Origin: Deltaproteobacteria bacterium
GTDB lineage: Bacteria > Myxococcota_A > Polyangia > Fen-1088
Direction: 5' to 3'
NCBI GenBank assembly: GCA_033763315.1
Contig: JANRKS010000032.1
Location: forward strand, 352,001 to 416,000
Length of the DNA: 64,000 bases
Part shown: piece by piece, positions 57,059-64,000 of the stretch
Layout of the letters: each line of letters opens with the position of its first letter
How positions within the stretch are numbered: position 1 is the first letter of the stretch
Notes under the pieces: model-generated
Seen by the model: the letters and a program-made list of their open reading frames with translations, nothing else
Database searches by the model: none
Told to the model about the DNA's origin: nothing
Made by a program: the position numbers and the translations under genes

Positions 57059-58831
57059 TCAAGGACCCGTTAAGCGAACACGTGCGTACGAACTTGGATC
57101 ACGGAAGCTCGTATCCTGTGTTGTAAACCACGCCACTTTGCGTTCGCGCAAACCGCCGTCGTCATCGTCGTTCACGTGAACGTCCAAGCCGAAAATCTTT
57201 CCTGAGGCGGCCGTGGTGCCCAAGGTCGTCCATGGGAACGTGATCTCCATCCCGTAACCGTTGCCGGATTGGTCTTGCCCAAACACCACGCCCTCGATGC
57301 GTCGCAACGAAACGTTTTGCGGCTCGGTGTCTCTCCAGCCGAAGAGGAAGTGATGATCGTTGGCGCCGTCCAGCGTGGTGCCTCGGTTGCCATCGGCATC
57401 AATGTAGACTTCAACTGTATCGTCATCGAACGAACCTTGTCCGGGGCTGTCATTCACACGCATAGCGTCTTGCACAAGCACCAAGAGGTGCAGACCCAAG
57501 GGAGACCAAAACGCCCTGAATTGCACACCGAAGTTATTGACGGGTGTGCCCACTACATATTTTTCGATCGCTTGCGGAGCGCTGGCCGTGGCCCACGCAA
57601 GGTCGATGTCGCCATTGATCACGGGTGGGGTGGACTTCCACGGAATGTCGAGGATCGGAAATGCGCCACATGCACCAAGAACACAGATGTTTGCGCCTGT
57701 GCAACCAACGTCGCTTGAACAACGTTGCAAGCACGCGGCCGCACCCCCACACACGTAAGGGTTGCAAGACGTCGTGGTACCAGCCACGCACGTACCGGTG
57801 CCGTTGCAAATCGACGCTGCCTTGGCTTGGCTCGCAACACATGAGGCTTCTGCGCAGATCGTTCCCTGCGGATAAACCGCACACTGGCCTTGTCCATCGC
57901 AAGCGCCATTGCGGCCACACGTGCTGGCGGACATGGCGCTGCATTCACCCGGATCCGCCATTTGCCCCGCAGGAACGAACCGGCATTGGCCGCGGCTGCC
58001 GGCCACCGCACACGAACGGCACTGCCCGCCGCAGGCTTCGTTACAGCACACGCCGTCAACACAGAAATTGGTGGCACACTGGGTGTTCGCTGTGCAGGCG
58101 GACCCCTCATTGCGCCGGCCTTCGCACACGCCGCCTTGGCACGTGAAGCCTGAGGCACAATCCGTGGATGAATCACAGCGTGTGAGGCAACTTGCAGGCC
58201 CACAAACAAACGGGCTGCAAGGAATGGGCGCCGCTGGCGTGCAGGTGCCGGCACCGTCGCAACTGCCTCGTCCCTTCGCCGTCATACCTTGGCACGATTC
58301 GGCGTCGCCGCACACGGTGCCCCTTGCATGTTTGCTGCATCCGCCCTGCCCATCACATTGTCCGGTGGTGCCGCATGTTCCGGCTGCCTCAGTGACGCAG
58401 ACGTTGCGAGGATCCTTTTGACCGGCTTGTGCCAACCGGCAACGGCCTTTGTCCGCTGCGCTTGCGCATGTGCGGCAAGCGCCTCCGCAAGCTTCCTCAC
58501 AACACACGCCATCAACGCAAAAGCCACTGGCGCATTCACCCGCACAGGCACACGTTTGGCCCGGTGATTTGCCAAAGCCTGTCGCGCCTACGCACGGCAG
58601 GGTGGCAACGTCAGGCGCCGCGGCATCGCCCGAAATGGCTGCCCCACCGGATCCGCCCCCGCCATTGCCCAAGGCATCCATGACGTTGCCGGCCGCGCCT
58701 GCTTCAGGACCTTCCCCAGTGCCGCCTGTGCCCGGTTCATCGTCCATTGAGACGGAAAGGCCTGTGTTTGAGACCGTGCACGCACACAAAAGCGTCACCC
58801 CCACCATCACCAACCAAAGCTGTCGTGTCAT
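57059..58831 (-). CDS. Cys-rich repeat lipoprotein with C-terminal CBM9-like sugar-binding domain
   Basis: Lipobox 'LCAC'; two ~150-aa repeats containing 'FCVDGVCC...CDG.G.C'; C-terminal 'PVINGDID..W...DDTVEVYID...MEITFPW...GLDVHVNDDDDG'. Confidence 0.8.
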   Translation of the reverse strand: MTRQLWLVMVGVTLLCACTVSNTGLSVSMDDEPGTGGTGEGPEAGAAGNVMDALGNGGGGSGGAAISGDAAAPDVATLPCVGATGFGKSPGQTCACAGECASGFCVDGVCCEEACGGACRTCASAADKGRCRLAQAGQKDPRNVCVTEAAGTCGTTGQCDGQGGCSKHARGTVCGDAESCQGMTAKGRGSCDGAGTCTPAAPIPCSPFVCGPASCLTRCDSSTDCASGFTCQGGVCEGRRNEGSACTANTQCATNFCVDGVCCNEACGGQCRSCAVAGSRGQCRFVPAGQMADPGECSAMSASTCGRNGACDGQGQCAVYPQGTICAEASCVASQAKAASICNGTGTCVAGTTTSCNPYVCGGAAACLQRCSSDVGCTGANICVLGACGAFPILDIPWKSTPPVINGDIDLAWATASAPQAIEKYVVGTPVNNFGVQFRAFWSPLGLHLLVLVQDAMRVNDSPGQGSFDDDTVEVYIDADGNRGTTLDGANDHHFLFGWRDTEPQNVSLRRIEGVVFGQDQSGNGYGMEITFPWTTLGTTAASGKIFGLDVHVNDDDDGGLRERKVAWFTTQDTSFRDPSSYARVRLTGP

Positions 58832-59075
58832 CGAAGTTACCTACGTGTTAAGGACTCACGCCGGATGCGCCGGCAACTGCCGAATGTTTAGCACGCGACG
58901 TCGCTTCGACACGCGAACCTGCACGTGGGGCTAGCGCATGCCGTGGGCCACGGTGTTTAGCGCTGTGACGATCGCGTGAGCCATACACGTCACCTTGGCG
59001 CCACCGACGTGTTGTGACCGGACCGTCTGGCGGTCGTGGGGCCGTTAAGACGCATCAGATGTCACAAGCGCCATA

Positions 59076-59091
59076 TGGCCTTGGAGTTGCA
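59076..59091 (+). promoter_or_regulatory. putative sigma54 (-24/-12) promoter
   Basis: TGGCCTTGGAGTTGCA (GG-N10-GC), 25 nt upstream of ATG 59117, with GGAGG RBS in between. Confidence 0.6.
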
Positions 59092-59116
59092 AACCCTCGT
59101 CAATGGAGGCAGCGGC

Positions 59117-59461
59117 ATGGCATCAAGGCATAAGGATTCTATCGATCCAAGGGCAGGCACCTTGGGTAAACCAACGACCGGCAAGGGTGTGTGGTCAGGC
59201 GAAGCGGTGGCCCGCGCCCGCGGCGAGGAAGCGGAAGCCGGCGCTCTGCGGGCCGAGGGCCATGGTCCTGTGTCTGGCGCCCGCGCCTTAGATGAAAATC
59301 GATCGGATGTTGATAAGCGCACGCGCAAACCACCCGCAGTGAAGCAGCACTTGTCACAAGAGGACATCGAGGCGGCACAGCGCCTGAAACAAGAAGCGGC
59401 CGCCGAGGAGCACCGTCGGGTGCAGGCTGAACGAGGCGTGGGCCCCCACGGCAAGCTCTAA
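59117..59461 (+). CDS. small hydrophilic hypothetical protein
   Basis: GGAGG RBS, 114-aa charged ORF directly upstream of the prim-pol gene. Confidence 0.55.
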   Translation: MASRHKDSIDPRAGTLGKPTTGKGVWSGEAVARARGEEAEAGALRAEGHGPVSGARALDENRSDVDKRTRKPPAVKQHLSQEDIEAAQRLKQEAAAEEHRRVQAERGVGPHGKL

Positions 59462-59495
59462 GCAGACCGAGGGAACTCGCGGTATTGTTGGCAAC

Positions 59496-60794
59496 GTGGC
59501 TAAGGACGAGGAAGAGCTGGTCATCGCGGGCCAGAAGGTCAGGGTGAGTCATCCGGATAAGCCGTACTTCTCCAAGCAAACGCGGCTATCGAAGATCGAC
59601 ATCGTCCGGTATTTCTTGTCGGTGGCGCCGGGGGCGCTGGCGGGCATTCGCGATCGACCGATCGTCCTCAAGCGTTTTGTTGATGGGGCAGAGGCAGAAC
59701 CATTTTATCAAAAGCGTGCGCCGCAGACGCGGCCAGATTTCATCCGCACAGTGACTCTGGCATTTCCGTCGGGGCGAACCGCGGAAGAGGTCGTTGTGGA
59801 TGACGCCGCCGGCTTGGCTTGGGTTGTGAACCTGGGTTGCATGGAGCTGCACCCGCACCCTGTGCGCAGCGCCGATCTCGAACACCCTGACGAGTTGCGC
59901 GTGGACTTGGATCCCACAACAAACGTTCCGTGGGCCGATGTGAGGCGTGTGGCTTTGGAGGTGAACGCCGTTCTGGGCGAGATGAAACTGCAAGGGTGGC
60001 CAAAGACGAGCGGCTCGCGCGGCATCCACATCAACGTTCGGATTTTTCCGCGTTGGACGTTCACCCAAGTGCGACGTGCGGCTTTGGCTTTGTCGCGTGA
60101 AATTGAACGCCGCTTGCCTGGTTTGGCCACGTCAAAGTGGTGGAAAGACGAACGGCAAGGCGTGTTCTTGGATTACAACCAAAACGCCAAAGATCGCACC
60201 ACATGTTCGGCGTATTCCGTGCGCCCTTTGCCCGACGCGCGCGTATCGGCGCCCTTAACTTGGACCGAGGTTCCTGATTGCGAGGCGGCTGATTTTACGG
60301 TGCACACCATGCCCGCACGCTTTGCGGCGTTGGGCGATCCACACGCAGGTATGGACGGCGCGGCGGGATCGCTCGAACCATTGTTGGAGCTTGCTGATCG
60401 CGACGAAGCCGCGGGGTTGGGCGATGCGCCGTGGCCACCGCACTTTCGCAAGATGGAAGGCGAGCCCGCGCGCGTGTCGCGCAGCCGCGCCGCCAAGCCC
60501 GCGGCGGCGACCAAAAAAGCCAGCCCACGGGTGCGCGCGCCGTTGGTGGTGGTGGCAAAATCATCCGACAAGGAAGCGGCGTTGGCGGGGCTGCAACGCT
60601 GGAAAGCTCGGCACAAAGACGTGGCTGCGCTAATCACGGATGAAGACGTTCTCGTGGATCGCATGCGGGGGCGATCCACAGTGTGGACGCGTGTTCGCGT
60701 TAACTTGAAGAACGTGCCGCCTGATTTGCACCCGCCACCCGAAGAGCCGGACCCCAACGACGATCCCACCGCGGCGTTTCGCGCGAAGTCTTAA
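59496..60794 (+). CDS. LigD-type primase-polymerase (Prim-PolC-like) with C-terminal extension
   Basis: 'SHPDK', 'FYQKRAP', 'ELRVDLDP', 'KTSGSRGIH', 'KWWKDER..VFLDYNQN', 'AYSVR', 'PWPPHF'. Confidence 0.88.
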   Translation: MAKDEEELVIAGQKVRVSHPDKPYFSKQTRLSKIDIVRYFLSVAPGALAGIRDRPIVLKRFVDGAEAEPFYQKRAPQTRPDFIRTVTLAFPSGRTAEEVVVDDAAGLAWVVNLGCMELHPHPVRSADLEHPDELRVDLDPTTNVPWADVRRVALEVNAVLGEMKLQGWPKTSGSRGIHINVRIFPRWTFTQVRRAALALSREIERRLPGLATSKWWKDERQGVFLDYNQNAKDRTTCSAYSVRPLPDARVSAPLTWTEVPDCEAADFTVHTMPARFAALGDPHAGMDGAAGSLEPLLELADRDEAAGLGDAPWPPHFRKMEGEPARVSRSRAAKPAAATKKASPRVRAPLVVVAKSSDKEAALAGLQRWKARHKDVAALITDEDVLVDRMRGRSTVWTRVRVNLKNVPPDLHPPPEEPDPNDDPTAAFRAKS

Positions 60795-61864
60795 AGCGCG
60801 AAGATCTCCTGCAATTCGCGCGGGGGAACCACTTCCAATTGAAGAAACGTGCAATCGCTTGGGCGTTTGTCGGTACGCCAACGACGAAAGTGAGCGATGT
60901 GACGAAAGCGGCTGCCTTGCATGTGGTCGTAGGCCACCTCCACCACAAGTTCGGGCAATAATGGCACCCACGAGAGATCTTTGCCTTGGCTCCACCGGCT
61001 GGCACCGCCGGGTCGACGGTGGTTGTCGCCGCCATCGGACGCGCCCCATTCTTTCCACGGGTGATCTTGTGTTGATGCCAGCTTGTAAGGGGCCAGCACA
61101 TCCACCAATTCCTTGCGCTTGGCTTGCGTGAAGCTCGAACACACGCCCACGTGTTCAAGGCTGCCCGCATCGTTGTAAAGGCCAAGCAATAGAGATCCCA
61201 CCATGGTTCCTTGCGCGTCCTTGTGCCAGCGAAAGCCAGCCACCACGCAATCGCAATCGCGCTCATGTTTGACCTTCAACATCACGCGCTTGTTGGGCTC
61301 ATAAGCCCCGTCCGATGGTTTGGCCATCACCCCGTCAAGCCCGGCTCCCTCAAAGCGGCTAAACCAGTCCACGGCCAAGGCACGATCTTGCGTGGCAGGC
61401 GTGATGTAAAGTGGTGGCGAGGCTTTGGCCAACAACGACCGCATCATCTCGCGACGCTGCGCAAACGGAACACTCCGTAGATCGTGCGTGCCTTCGCACA
61501 GCAAATCGAAAAACACGATCGACGCGGGTATCTGTTGCGAGAGCAGCTTGATGCGTGAAGCGGCGGGGTGCAGCCGCAGCTGCAGGGCCTCGAAATCCAG
61601 CGCGTTGTTGCGCGCAATCACGATCTCGCCGTCGAACACGCAGCGATTGGGCAGCTGTTGCAAGAGCGGCTCAATCAACTCAGGGTAATACCGCGCCAGC
61701 GGCTTTTCATCGCGGCTTTGAATCAGCAGCTCGTCGCCGTCGCGGAACACCAGCGCACGAAAGCCGTCCCACTTTGGCTCGAAGATCCAATCACCCGTGC
61801 GCGGCAGCTCGCTCACGCGTTTGGCGAGCATAGGCAAAACCGGAGGGGCCACCGCAAGATCCAT
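60791..61864 (-). CDS. ATP-dependent DNA ligase (LigC-type)
   Basis: 'PMLAK', 'EPKWDGFR', 'DGEIV', 'FFDLL', 'FEGAGLDGVMAK', 'MLKVKH', 'DLSWVPLLPELVVEVAYDH...RFRH'. Confidence 0.92.
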   Translation of the reverse strand: MDLAVAPPVLPMLAKRVSELPRTGDWIFEPKWDGFRALVFRDGDELLIQSRDEKPLARYYPELIEPLLQQLPNRCVFDGEIVIARNNALDFEALQLRLHPAASRIKLLSQQIPASIVFFDLLCEGTHDLRSVPFAQRREMMRSLLAKASPPLYITPATQDRALAVDWFSRFEGAGLDGVMAKPSDGAYEPNKRVMLKVKHERDCDCVVAGFRWHKDAQGTMVGSLLLGLYNDAGSLEHVGVCSSFTQAKRKELVDVLAPYKLASTQDHPWKEWGASDGGDNHRRPGGASRWSQGKDLSWVPLLPELVVEVAYDHMQGSRFRHIAHFRRWRTDKRPSDCTFLQLEVVPPRELQEIFAL

Positions 61865-61930
61865 GCACCTGATCTAGCATGCGGGGCAGCGCCGTTGAAC
61901 CCGGCGCCAGACCGGAACGTCCCCGCCGGT

Positions 61931-63277
61931 CTAGGCCAGCAGCGCCCCGATGGTGCTCGTGGCCATCGAGCTGCCTTGGCCAAACTGCTTCATCGGCAGG
62001 CCAATCGCGTTGAGCACCGAAAGGTGTACCGTGGAAGGATTGCCGCGGTTGCCACGGATGTGTTGATCCGTTTTCAGTTTGCCCCCGGCGCCGCCCGCCA
62101 CGATGATGGGCATCTCTTCGCGTGAATGGCTGCGCCCTTCGGACACTTCCGACATACACAGCATCGCCACATTATCCAACAGCGTGCCGCCTGCCTCGTT
62201 CACGCCCTTCCACTTTTCCAGCATGTACGCCAGCTCTTGCATCACGAACACGACGCCCTCATGGATGCGGGGCTGACCGGCGCCACCCCCATCGCCGTGG
62301 GTCATGATGTGAAAATCTTCCGTGTGTCCCAGCTCCTTGAAGATGGGCGCATACCAGGTGAACAGCTGGTACGAAAACGCGCGCGTCAAATCGCAGGCCA
62401 GCGCCAGTGTGAAGACGTCAGTCATGAGACGGTTCCGCAAGCGCAACTCTGGGTTCACGGACTTGACGTCTGTGGGTCGCGTCGGTGTGGCGCACATACC
62501 GCTGCTTCCCATGGCGGGCGCCGCTTTGAGGCGCTTTTCGATCTCGCCGATCTCCGATAGGTGTTGATCGAGCCTGGCCCTATCACGCGCGCCCAACCGG
62601 TTGCGCAACGTTTTGGCGTCGGCGTTGATAACGTCGAGAACGCCTTGTTGTGCGCGCGCCAGGCGGTCACCGTCGGCGGGGGACGTGGTCGACGTTCGGC
62701 CTTTGAAAAGCTTATCGAATACGATCATGGGCGACGTTTCGCCGGGGTTCACGCTGCCCGGGCCATTGTGCGAAATGTCTCGCGGCGTGGTTCCTTCGCC
62801 CCCAAAGGGCGAGCGGTGGGCCGCCAAGTGAAGAGCATCGAACGCGGCTTTTCCCGCCCACGCCTTTTTCACGACCACGTCTATGGAAGGCAACGCCGCC
62901 GTTGTGCCCGATTGGTATCCCATGGGCCCGGCGCCCGTGAGCATCGCTTGCTGCCCGGCGTGGTGAACGGTGCCATCGGGGGAAGAGAACATGCCCGTCA
63001 CAACGCTGATCTTGTCTTTGACTTTGGCCAGCGGCATGAGCTGATCGCTTAACGCCCACTGGCTGCCTTGGCCCGTGGCTTTCGGGATCCAACGGCTGGG
63101 CAACATGCCGCTGCCCCACCACCACACGCCAAAGCGGACAGGCATCGGTCCGCCTGCGGCCAACGCTGTTCCATTGGTGTTCACCATGGCATCGAGCAAC
63201 GGCAACGCCACGGCTGTCGACACGCCACCCACCATTCCACGCAACACAGTCCTTCGGGGCAAGCTTGTGGTCTTCAT
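61931..63277 (-). CDS. DUF1552 domain protein (Tat-type signal)
   Basis: 'RRTVLRG...ALPLLDAM', 'PSID', 'LGARDRARLDQHL..I.EIEKRL', 'LALACDLTR', 'GTLLDN', 'AGGAGGKLK'. Confidence 0.85.
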   Translation of the reverse strand: MKTTSLPRRTVLRGMVGGVSTAVALPLLDAMVNTNGTALAAGGPMPVRFGVWWWGSGMLPSRWIPKATGQGSQWALSDQLMPLAKVKDKISVVTGMFSSPDGTVHHAGQQAMLTGAGPMGYQSGTTAALPSIDVVVKKAWAGKAAFDALHLAAHRSPFGGEGTTPRDISHNGPGSVNPGETSPMIVFDKLFKGRTSTTSPADGDRLARAQQGVLDVINADAKTLRNRLGARDRARLDQHLSEIGEIEKRLKAAPAMGSSGMCATPTRPTDVKSVNPELRLRNRLMTDVFTLALACDLTRAFSYQLFTWYAPIFKELGHTEDFHIMTHGDGGGAGQPRIHEGVVFVMQELAYMLEKWKGVNEAGGTLLDNVAMLCMSEVSEGRSHSREEMPIIVAGGAGGKLKTDQHIRGNRGNPSTVHLSVLNAIGLPMKQFGQGSSMATSTIGALLA

Positions 63278-63284
63278 GTGTGTC

Positions 63285-64000
63285 CTATGGATTTGCAGAG
63301 GCGAAACGGAAGCCGTCGCTGGCGGCGATCGCGGTGACAAGGGCTGTGAAACGGTGGTCGCCGGTCTTCCACTTTTCAGTGACGCTCGCGATGACTCTGG
63401 CTTCGTCGTCGCTTTCCACGTGCGACGTGGTGAAGCGATAAAGCTGGCGTACCAAGCATGATTCGGCGTCGGGGCTCTGCTTGATCGCGCTCGCCAGTTC
63501 GCGTGCGTTCTTGAAGGCGACGCCGTCCAGCTCGCCCGAGGCGTCGATCGTGAGCGTGCGCTCCGTTTCCCGGTAGACGCCTATGCCGTCGAAGTTTTCA
63601 AGGCCAAATCCCAGGGGATCGATTTGCAGGTGGCATGAGCGGCATTGAGGTTTCACCAAATGATCCGTCAAACGCTGCCTTGTGGTGATGTTCTGGTTGG
63701 CGGCGGGTTCGGGGATGTTTGTGTCAACGTCAGCAGGCGCGGAAGCCACGTGTTGGCACAAGATCTCTTCGCGGATGTACTTGCCGCGCAAAGTGGGCGA
63801 CGAACGCGTCTCTTTCGCGCGGTGGGCAAGCCAAGCGCCAAAGCCGAGGATGCCGGCGCGCGCGCCATCGTCGGGCAAGGTGATTTTTGTAAAGCCCTGG
63901 CCCGAAGGCGCGGGCAGGCCGTACAGTTTTGCCAGATTTGCGTCAACGAACGTGGTGCGGTTGTCGAAAAGATCACGCAGATCGCCCTCGCGTTCGAAGA
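63285..64000 (-). CDS. DUF1592/DUF1588/DUF1585 domain protein (5' part outside window)
   Basis: 'TFVDANLAKLYG', 'RAGILG', 'SSPTLRGKYI', 'CRSCH..IDPLGFGLENFD.IG'; the frame stays open to the window end. Confidence 0.85.
   Translation of the reverse strand, partial: FEREGDLRDLFDNRTTFVDANLAKLYGLPAPSGQGFTKITLPDDGARAGILGFGAWLAHRAKETRSSPTLRGKYIREEILCQHVASAPADVDTNIPEPAANQNITTRQRLTDHLVKPQCRSCHLQIDPLGFGLENFDGIGVYRETERTLTIDASGELDGVAFKNARELASAIKQSPDAESCLVRQLYRFTTSHVESDDEARVIASVTEKWKTGDHRFTALVTAIAASDGFRFASANP

Noticed and set aside
58832-59075. Possible ncRNA/riboswitch in the longest intergenic gap
   Set aside because: No recognisable conserved RNA motif or terminator. More simply explained as divergent promoter and enhancer-binding space; an Rfam search would settle it.

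Overview
Gene-dense, GC-rich bacterial chromosomal window, very probably from a myxobacterium (Myxococcota/Polyangia-like). The evidence is a MYXO-CTERM-type sorted protein, Cys-rich 'FCVDGVCC' lipoproteins, a TonB-domain-fused TonB-dependent receptor, an ECF/TPR anti-sigma module and a DUF1552/DUF1592 pair. About 55 CDSs are supported. I found no rRNA, tRNA, CRISPR array, transposase or prophage. Housekeeping-type genes: groES/groEL, fabH, PBP1A, tpx, an rlmM-like methyltransferase and RNase HI. Accessory modules: a dedicated ExbB-ExbD-TonB-lipoprotein-TBDR-OMP-MATE operon; an orphan VgrG; a Spy/CpxP-CpxR-CpxA-like triad with a perfect GTAAA-N5-GTAAA box; a Prim-PolC/LigC-type repair pair; and glycan enzymes (GH27, GH8, CBM9). 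The strongest candidate for an undescribed system is at 38989-46225. It is an ECF sigma / TPR anti-sigma / small beta-barrel trans-envelope cassette. Its putative cognate promoter can be read directly from the DNA as a duplicated 34-bp bipartite motif (minus strand GCGCTGTAA-N12-CTGCGGGAACAAG), placed before the sigma gene and again before two large uncharacterised surface proteins. All family calls come from motif recognition by eye and need HMM/structure confirmation.
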